In this document: positions 18,344 to 28,949 of the stretch, in pieces
How positions within the stretch are numbered: position 1 is the first letter of the stretch
Layout: each line of letters opens with the position of its first letter
Assembly: GCA_003696445.1 (NCBI GenBank)
Contig: RFHE01000177.1
Location: forward strand, 1-45,494
Direction: 5' to 3'
Source of the DNA: Calditrichota bacterium
GTDB taxonomy: Bacteria; Calditrichota; Calditrichia; RBG-13-44-9; J042
Length of the DNA stretch: 45,494 nt
Made by a program: the position numbers and the translations under genes
The notes under the pieces: model-generated
Seen by the model: only the letters and a program-made list of their open reading frames with translations
Database searches by the model: none
Told to the model about the DNA's origin: nothing

Positions 18344-20683
18344 TTAACTTGCTTGCAAAGTTCGTTCAATAATATCGACCAGATCTTTGATCTGGTAAGG
18401 CTTCTTGAGAAAATTTTTAGCGCCCCTGCGCCGCAACTCTTCGAATTTGGCCGGTGGTGCATAACCACTGGAAAAAACGATGGGAAAATCGGGCGCCTCT
18501 TCCCAGATCCGCGTGGCGGCTTCCAGGCCATCCATCACCGGCATTTGGATATCCATTAAAATCACATCGATTTCATGGCGATGCTTTTGAAATAATTGCA
18601 CTGCTTCCTGGCCATTACTGGCTTCAAAAATTCGATATTTGAGGGTGCTGAGCATGGACTTTAGACTGCTGCGCAGCATCTCCTCATCGTCCACCACCAG
18701 AATGCGCCACTTGCCGGGTTGAGCCTGTAGAGCATGGCCATTGCTGTTTTGAATTTTTCGAGAAGTGGCCGGCAGGTAAATTGTGAACCGGCTCCCGTGC
18801 CCGGGCTGGGAGCTTACATCGATGTACCCGCGATAACTGCGGACAATGCCGTAAACCATGCTTAATCCCAGACCAGTGCCTTTTTCCTTTTTCTTGGCGG
18901 TGAAAAAGGGATCGAAAATTCGATCTAAAATCTCTTTGCTCATGCCGATGCCGGTATCCACCACTTCCAGTTTCACGTATCGTCCCGGCTTTAACTGCGG
19001 TATCATGCTTTCAGCATCGACCAACTCCAGATTTTCGGTTCGATACAGCAGCGTCCCCCCATTCGGCATGGCATCCACAGCATTCATGGAAAGATTCATT
19101 AAGATTTGTTCGATCTGGGTTCGATCCGCCTCCACGTTCCAAAGATTTTCATCCAGTTGGGCGCGGATATCGATGTTTTTATTTACCACCCGCCCAATCA
19201 TGGTCTGGAATTCCCGAATCAGATCATTGAGGTTAAACACCTCCATTTTCCCGCCTTTGCTACCCCGGGCAAAGGAGAGAATCTGGCTGGTAAGATCGGC
19301 TGCTTTGGAGGTGGCTTTCTCGATGGTTTCCACCATAGGCACCAGTTCAGCATCGGACGCCAATCTCATTTTCAGCATCTGGGCAGTGGGTAAAATGATG
19401 GCCAGAATGTTGTTGAAGTCGTGGGCAATGCCGCCAGCCAGTTTCCCCATGCTCTCCAGACGTTGGGTTCGGTTCAGTTGCCGCTCCAATTCGGTTTCCC
19501 GGGTCACATCCTTGATGATAAAAATCATACCCACTGCCTGGCTGTTTTCCCCAAGCAGGGGTTGCGTGCGTACCTCCAGCAGTCGGGTGGAAACACTGGA
19601 TAGCTTAAATTCGATACGAAATGTGCTTTCGATCTTCGCCCGGGTCACTTCTCGTAGTTTCCCCTGAAACTTGCCATCAAGGAAAACCTTTTCGGCAAGC
19701 AGATTAGCATTTTTCAACCGAGAACGGTCCTTGATTTTTAACACTTCAACCAGTTCGTCATTGAACCATCGGATTTCCCCACCCTCGGTCACCACCAGCA
19801 GTCCAATCGGAATTTGGTGGAAGATTTGTAGCACTTCTTCCTGTATCTGACGCAATTGCCGCGTGGCCAATCTGACTTTTTCTTCCAGGTGTTCGGAGTA
19901 TTCATGTAACTGAGCAGTCAGTTCTTCCTGCCGCGTCTGGTAACTTTTCAATCGAGCAATCATTTCGTTAAACTTGCTGGCCAGAAATCCCAGCTCATCC
20001 TCCCGTTCAACCTTCAGGCGAAAGTCGAAATTGCCCTTACTTACCTGCTCGGTTCCGGCAACCAACTGCTGTACCGGGGCCAGAACACTCTCGGACACTT
20101 TCTGTACCCCCCAAATAACCAGCAAAATTAGCAAAATGCCCACGGTAAGCGAAAGCCAGCGCACCTGCCTCGCCACCTGCTCGATGTGCTGGTAATTCAG
20201 TCCCAGCAACACTGTACCCCAATAAGTCCCATTGGTGCGAATAGGCTGGTAAACCTCCAGCAGGGCCCGGGTAGGGAAGTATTCAAACAGGTAATCCGCT
20301 TGCCGGACCTGCCTTAACAGGGTAGGGTTTAAATTGACCAGGTTCAGGAGCGTGTCGTAGGGCTGTGGAGCCGACCAGGCAAACACTTTGTCGTCCCCAT
20401 TTAACACACTGACAAAAACGATGTCGCTCTGATCGGTTACCCGTGCCAGATTTTGATAAAGGGAGATTTCATCCGAGTGCAGCAGGGCCGGCAGGGCCAC
20501 ATTGGCCAGATTTTCTGCAATCTGGCGTGCTCGTAACTCCATCTGAGTTTGTATTAAATGGGTGTAAAAGGTCTGTACGGTCACCAGAATAACGCTGAAA
20601 AGGACGAGCAGAACAATCCCGATCAGTACAGTCAGTTGAGAGGCGATAGGTAATCGGCGAACGCGGTTTATCAGTCGTTTCAT
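18344..20683 (-). CDS. Membrane hybrid sensor histidine kinase (periplasmic sensor-HAMP-PAS-HisKA-HATPase-REC)
   Basis: Two TM helices, HAMP (REDELGFLASKFNEM), H-box GGIAHDFNNIL, NAVDAM, DTGIGM, GTGLGL, REC VVDDE and LMDIQMP. Confidence 0.95.
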   Translation of the reverse strand: MKRLINRVRRLPIASQLTVLIGIVLLVLFSVILVTVQTFYTHLIQTQMELRARQIAENLANVALPALLHSDEISLYQNLARVTDQSDIVFVSVLNGDDKVFAWSAPQPYDTLLNLVNLNPTLLRQVRQADYLFEYFPTRALLEVYQPIRTNGTYWGTVLLGLNYQHIEQVARQVRWLSLTVGILLILLVIWGVQKVSESVLAPVQQLVAGTEQVSKGNFDFRLKVEREDELGFLASKFNEMIARLKSYQTRQEELTAQLHEYSEHLEEKVRLATRQLRQIQEEVLQIFHQIPIGLLVVTEGGEIRWFNDELVEVLKIKDRSRLKNANLLAEKVFLDGKFQGKLREVTRAKIESTFRIEFKLSSVSTRLLEVRTQPLLGENSQAVGMIFIIKDVTRETELERQLNRTQRLESMGKLAGGIAHDFNNILAIILPTAQMLKMRLASDAELVPMVETIEKATSKAADLTSQILSFARGSKGGKMEVFNLNDLIREFQTMIGRVVNKNIDIRAQLDENLWNVEADRTQIEQILMNLSMNAVDAMPNGGTLLYRTENLELVDAESMIPQLKPGRYVKLEVVDTGIGMSKEILDRIFDPFFTAKKKEKGTGLGLSMVYGIVRSYRGYIDVSSQPGHGSRFTIYLPATSRKIQNSNGHALQAQPGKWRILVVDDEEMLRSSLKSMLSTLKYRIFEASNGQEAVQLFQKHRHEIDVILMDIQMPVMDGLEAATRIWEEAPDFPIVFSSGYAPPAKFEELRRRGAKNFLKKPYQIKDLVDIIERTLQAS

Positions 20684-20714
20684 TTTTTCTCTGGTCACTC
20701 TGGCATCAAGCTCT

Positions 20715-20741
20715 ATATCGTCAGTTTGAGCAAAATTTTTA
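20715..20741 (-). promoter_or_regulatory. Sigma-28 (FliA/SigD)-type promoter
   Basis: TAAA-N15-GACGATAT versus consensus TAAA-N15-GCCGATA(A/T), about 30 bp before the kinase ATG. Confidence 0.65.
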
Positions 20742-20904
20742 AGCCTTTTTGTTTAAACCTTTCCAGGCAGCAAAGCCCAGTAGATGAAGAGAGAGCCTGG
20801 TTATTCTCCCTGTACCCAACAGAGATCGGCTCGGGGTTGTCCAAAAAGGTTTGATTGCTGTAATTTTATGCAAACAACTATTTCACTTGCACAGGACTTA
20901 AGTC

Positions 20905-20957
20905 AACTCTCCCCCCAACCCACTCTTTTGCAAGAGAGGGGGCGAAGGGGGTGAGTT
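20905..20957. repeat. REP-like nested inverted repeat
   Basis: Outer AACTCtCCCCC/GGGGGtGAGTT and inner CCCaCTCTT-ttgc-AAGAGaGGG stems in intergenic DNA; single copy in this window. Confidence 0.5.
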
Positions 20958-21079
20958 CACTACCAATAAAGGGATACAAGGTTGTTGGTTTTGCCAAAGT
21001 TGTCGTATTTCGTTGAAAAACTGCAAGTGTAATCACTCCACTAATAAAAACGACTATATGCAACTATTCGCAACCATAT

Positions 21080-22543
21080 TCAATTTGCTTTGCTTTTTGG
21101 ATAACCCCGGCCCGTGTAGTAATCAATCACCCGGGTGATGGCTTCCTGACACACTGGGTCGAAGTCCTGCAAGCCTTTACTGAACATAATGCAATTCAGC
21201 GCAGGCCGATAGATGCCGCTGGAGACATACCCCCCTCCCTCAAAAGCACCGACTTTACCCGCGTAGGGTTGGCTGGCGAAGAATTGTTTCAGCCAATGCT
21301 GATAGGTTAGTTCGGCCTGCCGAATTTGCTCCTCGGAGGCCCCCTTGGCGCGCAACCGGCTTACCTGCCGGCGGAATTCCCCGGTTTTTGCCTCGTAGGT
21401 AGCCTTGTCCCAGGGGGTCGGAATGGGGGTTCCCGGCTCCACAAGATGCTTCCATTTCAACTGAGCTGGATCGGCCAGGGCGGTTAAATTGGGCTCCCAC
21501 GGTTCAGTACCTTCCGGATAAAAATCCTGATAAGCCACTGTGCTGCTAAAGTACTCATCCCCTAAACCGGCAAAGCTGTGGCCGAATTCGTGCACCATCA
21601 CGTACGTACTCCAGGGATTATCCACCGTGGTGCAAGCATACAAGTTGTAGATCCCCCCACCCCCGTAGCGATTGGTGTTTACCAGAATCACAATGGCATC
21701 GAAAGGCGCTTTTTCAGCAATGTTCTGAAGGCTCCGATTATCATCAGTCATTAAATAGCGGGGCAACCCGAATGTACCGAAGGAAGCATTCAGCGGGGTA
21801 GTGCGGTACTGCTTTTTACCGGGCTCATCCACTCCGGAATCCGGAGAAGCAACAAAAACGGCGTAGCAATTGAACCGGTTTTGCACTTTGAGGAACGGGT
21901 CCACCGAAAACAGTGCCTTCATCATCCGCCGGGCATCGGTTAAAAACTTGGATCGTTGATTTGCGGTGTAACCCTCGGCCACAAACACGACGTCCACGCG
22001 CTCCTGCGGATTACCGGTCTTTTGAAGGATGGTCATTTCTGCTTGCGGCAGGGCAGGTTCCGGATGAATGACCAGGCTATCTGGGTGAAAAACCTGTTGG
22101 AAAACCACGCGTGTAAACCGATTATTGGCATCCCGGCGAAGGATGCTCAGCCGGAAGGAACGTCTAGGCAAGGGAAGGCGAAGGGTTTCGCCGAAAGTGC
22201 GGTGCGCCCCTCTACCAGCCTCGGCCGTGGTTTGCCATTCATTGAACAGGGTAGAAAAACCGCGAGCGTAAATCAATTGCTGGCTCTCAAGATCCTCTAC
22301 TCTGGCCTGATACAGGCCCAGGGGTGGTGGATCGGCCAGGCCGGTGCTCGGACCATTCCATCCTTCCCGAACCCACAGGCGATCCACCGTGTACTGCTCG
22401 TTTTTCTTCCCGCCGGTATGAAACAGATCGATCCGCAGGGTGCGGTTGAAAAACCAGCGAGCAAACGAATCCTGAGCCCGGGCGGCGTTTGTCTGCAACA
22501 CAAGCAACGCTCCTACGATCATCCAACAGCAATGGACCCGCAT
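21080..22543 (-). CDS. Secreted peptidase M64 (IgA peptidase family) with N-terminal M64 domain
   Basis: Signal peptide; TLRIDLFHTG; DVVFVAEGYT; YGGGGIYN; HEFGHSFAGLGDEY zinc motif; GAFEGGGY; AGGAGG RBS before 22543. Confidence 0.93.
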   Translation of the reverse strand: MRVHCCWMIVGALLVLQTNAARAQDSFARWFFNRTLRIDLFHTGGKKNEQYTVDRLWVREGWNGPSTGLADPPPLGLYQARVEDLESQQLIYARGFSTLFNEWQTTAEAGRGAHRTFGETLRLPLPRRSFRLSILRRDANNRFTRVVFQQVFHPDSLVIHPEPALPQAEMTILQKTGNPQERVDVVFVAEGYTANQRSKFLTDARRMMKALFSVDPFLKVQNRFNCYAVFVASPDSGVDEPGKKQYRTTPLNASFGTFGLPRYLMTDDNRSLQNIAEKAPFDAIVILVNTNRYGGGGIYNLYACTTVDNPWSTYVMVHEFGHSFAGLGDEYFSSTVAYQDFYPEGTEPWEPNLTALADPAQLKWKHLVEPGTPIPTPWDKATYEAKTGEFRRQVSRLRAKGASEEQIRQAELTYQHWLKQFFASQPYAGKVGAFEGGGYVSSGIYRPALNCIMFSKGLQDFDPVCQEAITRVIDYYTGRGYPKSKAN

Positions 22544-22689
22544 ATTCGGTACCTCCTGAGTTTCCTGCAACAGAACCTTTCTGGCTGAAGCTACAGGGCG
22601 GTAGCCAAAGCAGGGGAAAGGAAGGTTCACATGACCCCGCAATGCGGTGCCGCCGGAGAGGTAGCGGCACCTTCATGGGAACATCTTTT

Positions 22690-23847
22690 TTACTTTTTAA
22701 ACAGCAGATACTTGGCGATGGTCTGCAACTGCATGTTGGAGGTACCTTCGTAGATTTGTCCGATCTTGGCATCCCGATAGAACTTTTCCACAGGGTATTC
22801 CTTAGTGTAGCCATAGCCCCCGAAAATTTCGATCATGCGGGAGGTGACCCTTTCGGCATAGACCGAGGAAAACAACTTGGCCATGGCCGCTTCCTTCAAA
22901 AAGGATTGACCGGCGTCTTTCAGCCGGGCGGCATTGTACACCAGGTTGCGCGAAGCCTCCAGAAAGGTTGCCGCCTCGGCAATCTGGAATTGAACGGCCT
23001 GAAATTTAGCAATGATCTGGCCAAATTGCTCGCGCTCCAGCGCATACTTCATCCCTGCTTCCAGGGCGCCTTCCATGATGCCGACCATCTGAGCCCCGAT
23101 GCCAATCCGGCCTTCATTCAGCGTTTCGATGGCCACCTTGTAGCCTTTACCCACCTCGCCAATAATGTTTTCTTTGGGCACGATGCAATCTTCCAAGATC
23201 AGCTCGCAGGTGCTGGAAGCTCGGATGCCCAGTTTGTCTTCTTTTTTTCCCACCGCAAATCCAGGAAAGTCGCGTTCCACAAGGAAAGCCGTGATGCCTT
23301 TGTAGCCCAGATCGGGATTGACATTGGCATAGACGATAAAAATGTCGGCTTCGGCAGCACTGGTGATCCACATTTTCCTTCCGTTAAGCACATAATGGTC
23401 ACCCTTTTCCACCGCCCGGGTTTGCAGGCCGAAGGCGTCGCTGCCGGAGTTGGGTTCAGAGAGAGCATAGGCACCCACCGCTTCGCTGCACAGCCGGGGC
23501 AAATAGCGCTTTTTCAGATCCTCGTTCGCCCAGCGCAGCAAACAGTTGTTCACCAGTGTATTCTGAACATCCACGTAAATGGCGGCCGAAGCATCCACCC
23601 GAGCCAATTCCTCGACGGCCAGAATGGCCATAAAGAAGGAGGCACCCGTACCGCCATATTCCTCCGGTACCTCAACCCCCATTAAGCCCAATTCAAAAAA
23701 CTTCTGGAGCAATTCGGGTTTAAAAGTAGCCTTTTCGTCCATTTCCCGCACGTGCGGTGCAATTTCGGTTTCGGCAAATTCGCGTACCATATCTCGAAAC
23801 ATCGCTTCTTCTTCACTAAGTACTGTCAGGGGACCTGAAACATCCAT
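22690..23847 (-). CDS. Acyl-CoA dehydrogenase (short/branched-chain type)
   Basis: YALSEPNSGSDA, GRKMWITS, KLGIRAS, LNEGRIGIGAQ, REQFG, IYEGTSNMQL. Confidence 0.95.
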   Translation of the reverse strand: MDVSGPLTVLSEEEAMFRDMVREFAETEIAPHVREMDEKATFKPELLQKFFELGLMGVEVPEEYGGTGASFFMAILAVEELARVDASAAIYVDVQNTLVNNCLLRWANEDLKKRYLPRLCSEAVGAYALSEPNSGSDAFGLQTRAVEKGDHYVLNGRKMWITSAAEADIFIVYANVNPDLGYKGITAFLVERDFPGFAVGKKEDKLGIRASSTCELILEDCIVPKENIIGEVGKGYKVAIETLNEGRIGIGAQMVGIMEGALEAGMKYALEREQFGQIIAKFQAVQFQIAEAATFLEASRNLVYNAARLKDAGQSFLKEAAMAKLFSSVYAERVTSRMIEIFGGYGYTKEYPVEKFYRDAKIGQIYEGTSNMQLQTIAKYLLFKK

Positions 23848-24037
23848 GAGAAGCTTCCTCCTGGGTTTTATTTTCTGGTTAATTGGTGATTTTGGAAACT
23901 TTTTGTTCTCCGGATAAAACGGTGTATATTTTCAACGGGTGTAGTGGTCAAAGTTCTTCAAGGGCCCGCAATCCGCTTTATCCGGGTCGTTCAAGCTTCC
24001 TAAAAAACGACGAATTTAACGCCAGTTCAAGGAAATT

Positions 24038-24952
24038 ATGAATTCAGAAGAGCAGCAGGTTTTAAAACGCTTGAAAGCGGCTCGCAATGCTTACTTGAAA
24101 CGAAACTACGCGCGGGCCATTGAACATTATCGGTGGATTGAGCAGGCAATCCAGGACGATGAAAAAAATCTGCCCATTATCTGGATTGAACTGGGATGGA
24201 GCTATTACTACAACCACCAGTATGCCGAAGCTATTGAATATTTAAGCAAAGCGCTGGGCAGCTCCCACCTGAATGCCGAACAACGATTCGACTGCAATCG
24301 GATAATCGGTTTTGCCTACCAACAGCTCAACGAATGGGATCGGGCGATTGAATATTTGCAGGAAGCGCTTCGGCAGCCGGTTCAAGAAAGTACCAAACGC
24401 TACGCTTATTTTGAGCTGGGCAAAATTTACTTTATCCAGCGAGAGCTGGACGCCGCCGAATCGCACCTGCTGAAGGCGGACAAGCTATTCCGAATGGAGG
24501 AAAGCGACTACAAGTTCACCATCCACTACTATCTGGGTTTCATTGAATTTTTCCGAAAGCATTATGAACAAGCCCGCCGGCATTTTCAGTACATCATTCA
24601 GAATTCGGCCAGCAGCTCAACCCGGGCAACCGGATTTTTTGGATTGGCTCACCTTTTCTACGAAGAAAACGACTACCCGGCCCTTCTGGATGTGGTGGAA
24701 AAAATCGTTCAACTGGATCCCAACTTCTACGACAAAGAAACGCTGGGGTTCTTTGCCTGCCTGGCCTGCATGTATCTGTACAAGTGGGAAGAAATGGAAG
24801 ACTTTTTTCAGGAATTGAAAAAACGCTACCCTGCCGGACGATATGCCTCCTATTACCCCTTTTTTGAGGAAGCTTTACGGGAAAGAAAACTGCCCGACCC
24901 ATTTCAAAAACGCCGCGTGAAACCCGGAGGACTGCTGGACAACAAAAACTAA
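24038..24952 (+). CDS. Cytoplasmic tetratricopeptide-repeat protein
   Basis: Repeated xLGxxYY...AIEYLxxAL helices; no signal peptide. Confidence 0.85.
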   Translation: MNSEEQQVLKRLKAARNAYLKRNYARAIEHYRWIEQAIQDDEKNLPIIWIELGWSYYYNHQYAEAIEYLSKALGSSHLNAEQRFDCNRIIGFAYQQLNEWDRAIEYLQEALRQPVQESTKRYAYFELGKIYFIQRELDAAESHLLKADKLFRMEESDYKFTIHYYLGFIEFFRKHYEQARRHFQYIIQNSASSSTRATGFFGLAHLFYEENDYPALLDVVEKIVQLDPNFYDKETLGFFACLACMYLYKWEEMEDFFQELKKRYPAGRYASYYPFFEEALRERKLPDPFQKRRVKPGGLLDNKN

Positions 24953-24996
24953 TTCGCCTTCGCCATGGAGGCCCCGTGTCCGAACAACTTTCCCGG

Positions 24997-25024
24997 TCAA
25001 GTCAACTCGCCCTTTCGCCGATGA
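24997..25024 (+). promoter_or_regulatory. Sigma-28-type promoter (weaker, 16-nt spacer)
   Basis: TCAA-N16-GCCGATGA, about 50 bp upstream of the HD-GYP gene ATG. Confidence 0.5.
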
Positions 25025-25076
25025 TTTACCCTTCAGCCGTTGATTGGAAGATTTTTGCCCAAAGTTCGATCAAAGG

Positions 25077-26633
25077 ATGGAAGAACCAAAACACTGTCCA
25101 ACCCGTAGTGCTCAGGCAGCCTCTGCCCATGCCCAAGAGCAACAGAACGGACCGGTTCGAATTCTCATTGTGGATGACGAGGTTCAGCTGTACGAAAGCC
25201 TGGTTCAATTTTTAAACTTGCAGGGCTTTCAGGCCACCGGCACCCACTCCATCGAAGAAGCTCAGAGTCTTCTGGACCGGGAGCGGTTCGATCTGGTCAT
25301 CTCCGATGTTCATTTCCCCAACCACACTGCGCGGGATTTGTTTGATTACGCCAGAAAACATCATCCGGAAGTGGCCTTCATGTTTATGACCGGTAATCCG
25401 GACCTGGACTTTGCCATCGATCTGCTCCGACAGGGCGGCTACGACTATATCATCAAGCCGTTTGGCCTGACCGACCTGCTGAACAAAGTCCGTACCGTGC
25501 TGGAGAAGGTGGAACAGCGCCGGCGACAGCGACACCTGGTGGACGACCTGCGGCTGATGCTGGATAGGCGTCTGAATGAACTGCGCATTTATCAGGATAT
25601 TTTCGAGTGTGCAGAGGAGGGCCTGCTGATCCTGGATACCGAAGGCAATATCGTGAAAGCCAATCAGGGATTCGAACGCCTCAGCGGGCTGGAAGAACAG
25701 GCCCTCTTCCAGCGCTCTCTGGAAGAACTGTGCCCGCACATTTTCCCCGACCTACCCCTCGATCAGGTGCGGGAAACACTGCAAAAAACCGGACGCTGGT
25801 CCGGCGAGCAGACGGCCATGCGGAGCGACGGTCAGCCCTGGGTTTCCAATGTGTCTATTTTCCCGATTCGTGATGACAAGGGCAAACTTTTCGCCTACGG
25901 GGCTTTTGTTAAAGACGTCACTTCCCAGCGATCGGTGGAAAAAGCGTTGATTCAGAGCCTGGAACGTACCACCCTGGCCCAGGAGGCCATCATCTTTGGG
26001 TTGGCACGGCTGGCCGAGTATCGCGATAAGGATACCGGCCTCCACCTGGAGCGCATTCGTAACTATTGCAAAATTCTGGCCGAAGCCCTGGCAGACCACC
26101 CCCGGTTTCAGAAAAAGGTCAACACTCAATTCATTAAAACCCTTTACAGCACCGCTCCCCTCCATGATATCGGGAAAGTGGGTATCCCCGACTACATCCT
26201 CCTGAAACCGGGTAAACTGACCAAACTGGAATTCGAAATCATGAAAACACACACCATCATCGGTTACCAGACTCTTTCCTCGATTAAGAAGCAATACGGT
26301 GAGATGGATTTTCTAAACATGGGCATCGAAATTACTTACTACCATCACGAAAAATACGATGGCACCGGTTACCCTGTAGGCCTTAGGGGGGAATCCATTC
26401 CCCTGTCCGCACAGATCCTTGCTGTAGCCGACGTTTACGATGCCCTCACCTCCAAACGGGTGTACAAAGAGGCCTTTACTCATCAGGTAACCCTGGACAT
26501 CATGCGCAGCGAGCGGGGCAAGCATTTTGCCCCTGAATTGCTGGATGTATTTCTGAGCGTTGCCGACCAGTTCCAGCTCATTTCCCGGCAATTCAGCGAA
26601 GCCCCAGAGGAGGAGGACCAACTCAATCCATAG
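25077..26633 (+). CDS. Response regulator REC-PAS-HD-GYP, cyclic-di-GMP phosphodiesterase (RpfG-like)
   Basis: ILIVDDE/VISD receiver, PAS/PAC, EYRDKDTGLH, LHDIGK, HHEKYDGTGYP, VADVYDALTSKRVYK. Confidence 0.94.
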   Translation: MEEPKHCPTRSAQAASAHAQEQQNGPVRILIVDDEVQLYESLVQFLNLQGFQATGTHSIEEAQSLLDRERFDLVISDVHFPNHTARDLFDYARKHHPEVAFMFMTGNPDLDFAIDLLRQGGYDYIIKPFGLTDLLNKVRTVLEKVEQRRRQRHLVDDLRLMLDRRLNELRIYQDIFECAEEGLLILDTEGNIVKANQGFERLSGLEEQALFQRSLEELCPHIFPDLPLDQVRETLQKTGRWSGEQTAMRSDGQPWVSNVSIFPIRDDKGKLFAYGAFVKDVTSQRSVEKALIQSLERTTLAQEAIIFGLARLAEYRDKDTGLHLERIRNYCKILAEALADHPRFQKKVNTQFIKTLYSTAPLHDIGKVGIPDYILLKPGKLTKLEFEIMKTHTIIGYQTLSSIKKQYGEMDFLNMGIEITYYHHEKYDGTGYPVGLRGESIPLSAQILAVADVYDALTSKRVYKEAFTHQVTLDIMRSERGKHFAPELLDVFLSVADQFQLISRQFSEAPEEEDQLNP

Positions 26634-26739
26634 CCGCGAACGGGGCGTGGCATTTGCTTAGCATTCCCTATCTCACAGGTGCTCCGGGCGGAAAACGTGG
26701 CTAAGCTGTTGCTGGAACTTTGCGGAGATGTTTCGGGAT

Positions 26740-28167
26740 TTATTCCCCGGTGTACTTCATAGCCATCCCGGTCAGGGTGCGCTTCAGTTTTTGGTATTCC
26801 CCACCCAAATTCCCATTGGTCATGATTACCACCACGTGTTGGTCATCCAGGAACGGTTCCAGAGCGGGCAACAATTCGGAGGGTGAATTGAGGAGAAGGC
26901 ACCGTTTGTTCAAACGGCTCAGGTGCTGTGCAATGCGTTCCCGGGAGAGGCGCCTTTGCGGGGGGATTTTTTCGGCCCGGTGAATGGGAAGCAATACAGC
27001 GACATCGGCCACGGCCAGGGCTCTGGCCAGAGGTTCTTGCAAAATGTTCTGCACCATGGTGTTGGTTCTGGGCTCGAAGACGGCTACCAGCTTTCGGTTC
27101 GGGTGCATCCGGCGGACAGCTTGGAGTGTTTTCTCCACAGCGGTTGGATGGTGGGCAAAATCCTCGTAAACCTGGGCCCCCGGAGGTCCCGGCCAAGGTT
27201 CCAGCCGCCGCTGCACGCCCTGAAAGCGGGACACCGCCCCGGCAATTACCTTCCAGGGAATGCCGCATTCCCGTGCAACAATGGCCGCGGCCAAGGCGTT
27301 TTCCACCTGAAAGGCACCGGGAAGCGGCAGGGTTAAGTCGGCCTCCGGCCGCCCCCGAAAGTAAATTCGGGCCCGCTGCGGCAGGCCATTCCCCTCCAGC
27401 AACTGATAATGCCACTCGGCCTCGCCGCTGGCGCCAAACCAGGTGAGTCGTGAATACACGGGGTCCAGCACCTCCTTCAGGGCAGCCGATCCCTGATTGG
27501 CCACCACCAGCCCGCGCGAGGGCACAATGCGCATCAGCTTGCGGAACCCGTCCTGGATGTCAGCCAGAGACCGGTAAATGTCGGCATGGTCAAATTCCAG
27601 ATTGTTGGCAATCAGAATTTCGGGAAAGTAGTGGAGAAACTTGGGCCGTTTATCGAAAAAGGCGCAATCGTATTCATCTCCCTCAATAATAAAAAACTCG
27701 CCCTCGCCCAAGGCCACAGAGGACTGGAAGTTGCGGGCAATGCCACCGATTAAAAAGGTTGGCGACAGGCCTGCCTCATGGAAAATCCAGCTGATCAGTG
27801 CAGTGGTGGTGGTCTTCCCATGGGTACCGGTCACCACAATGGTTCTTTTCTGCTCCACAAATTCCTGGCGTATCACTTCCGGGAGGGAACGAAAGGGCAA
27901 TCGCCTATTTAAGATGGCCTCCACCTCTTGGTTGCCTCTGGACAGGGCATTACCGATCACGGCCACGTCGAAAGGCTTGTCCAAATGACTAACCCGATAG
28001 CCCTGCCAGAGGGGAATGTCGTGGGCAGCCAGAAAATCACTCATGGGCGGATAAAATTGGGCATCGGTTCCCCACACTTGATGGCCTTTTAACTTCAGCA
28101 GAACTGCCAGCGATGCCATGGCCGTCCCACAAATGCCCAAAAAGTAATAGCGCCTGGGTTTCACCAC
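26740..28167 (-). CDS. mpl: UDP-MurNAc:L-Ala-gamma-D-Glu-mDAP ligase (murein peptide ligase)
   Basis: LGICGTAMASLA, YPPMS, GTHGKTTT, EGDEYDCAFFDKRPKF, NLEFDHADIY, DFAHHPTA, FEPRTNT. Confidence 0.9.
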   Translation of the reverse strand: MVKPRRYYFLGICGTAMASLAVLLKLKGHQVWGTDAQFYPPMSDFLAAHDIPLWQGYRVSHLDKPFDVAVIGNALSRGNQEVEAILNRRLPFRSLPEVIRQEFVEQKRTIVVTGTHGKTTTTALISWIFHEAGLSPTFLIGGIARNFQSSVALGEGEFFIIEGDEYDCAFFDKRPKFLHYFPEILIANNLEFDHADIYRSLADIQDGFRKLMRIVPSRGLVVANQGSAALKEVLDPVYSRLTWFGASGEAEWHYQLLEGNGLPQRARIYFRGRPEADLTLPLPGAFQVENALAAAIVARECGIPWKVIAGAVSRFQGVQRRLEPWPGPPGAQVYEDFAHHPTAVEKTLQAVRRMHPNRKLVAVFEPRTNTMVQNILQEPLARALAVADVAVLLPIHRAEKIPPQRRLSRERIAQHLSRLNKRCLLLNSPSELLPALEPFLDDQHVVVIMTNGNLGGEYQKLKRTLTGMAMKYTGE

Positions 28168-28178
28168 GTGCCCCCCCT

Positions 28179-28949
28179 TTAACTGCGGCTACCAGTGTCC
28201 ATGGATTGATCCGGCGGGCAATTGCGGGCGATGTATTCATCGAAGGCTTGCAAAATTTTGTGCATCAGGCGCACATCGCGTACCTCAGGCATGGCCCGCC
28301 CGAAAAAACGTTGAAAACGCATCAAAAAATTGTCCCAGTTGTCCATTGGCTCAAACCCTACCTGCTCCAAGCTCTGCCGGAGATGTTTTTTCAGTGCTTC
28401 CAGCTCCTGATGGCTGGCCAGTCGATAGCGATAGCGGGCTGGGGTTTCACTGACAAAATTGTACAGTTCGTAAGCGTACACCATTACCGCCTGAGAGAGA
28501 TTTAATGAAGGATGCGACGTGGCAGCCGGAATGGTGGAGATAGCATGGCAATGGGCTAATTCCTCGTTGGTGAGCCCAGTAGCTTCCCGCCCGAAAACGA
28601 TGGCAACCTGATGAGATTTGGCCATGGGAATCAACCGTTCCGCCAACTGCTTGGGAGTAAAATAGGGCAGATGAAACTCCCGGGTACGCTGAGTGGTGCC
28701 CACCACAAAATGCTTGTCGGAAACAGCCTCGGCCAGCGTGGAAACCACCTTGATCTGGTCAAACAGATCTTCGGAAGCATGGGCCATCCAACGGGCTTCG
28801 GGCACATCGAACGGAGCAGGATTGACCAGCACCAGGCGATCGAAACCCATGGTTTTCAGCGCCCGAACCGAGGCTCCAATGTTTCCGGGATGCTGGGGTT
28901 CCACCAGCACAAAATGAATATTGTCCCAATGAGCGCGTTTTGGAGGCAT
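28179..28949 (-). CDS. trmJ: SPOUT RNA methyltransferase, TrmJ/LasT family
   Basis: VLVEPQHPGNIGASVRALKTMG, IVFGREATGLTNEEL, SLNLSQAV. Confidence 0.88.
   Translation of the reverse strand: MPPKRAHWDNIHFVLVEPQHPGNIGASVRALKTMGFDRLVLVNPAPFDVPEARWMAHASEDLFDQIKVVSTLAEAVSDKHFVVGTTQRTREFHLPYFTPKQLAERLIPMAKSHQVAIVFGREATGLTNEELAHCHAISTIPAATSHPSLNLSQAVMVYAYELYNFVSETPARYRYRLASHQELEALKKHLRQSLEQVGFEPMDNWDNFLMRFQRFFGRAMPEVRDVRLMHKILQAFDEYIARNCPPDQSMDTGSRS

Noticed and set aside
22646-22671. GGTGCCGC-N10-GCGGCACC hairpin after the acyl-CoA dehydrogenase gene
   Set aside because: No U-tract on the minus strand, so not called a terminator; may be a stability hairpin.
22489-23685. 398-aa plus-strand ORF
   Set aside because: Antisense shadow of the acyl-CoA dehydrogenase gene.
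26648-26663. TGGCATTTGCTTAGCA with GG-N10-GC spacing
   Set aside because: Lies between convergent genes and faces the 3' end of mpl; no sense gene or enhancer, so probably chance.
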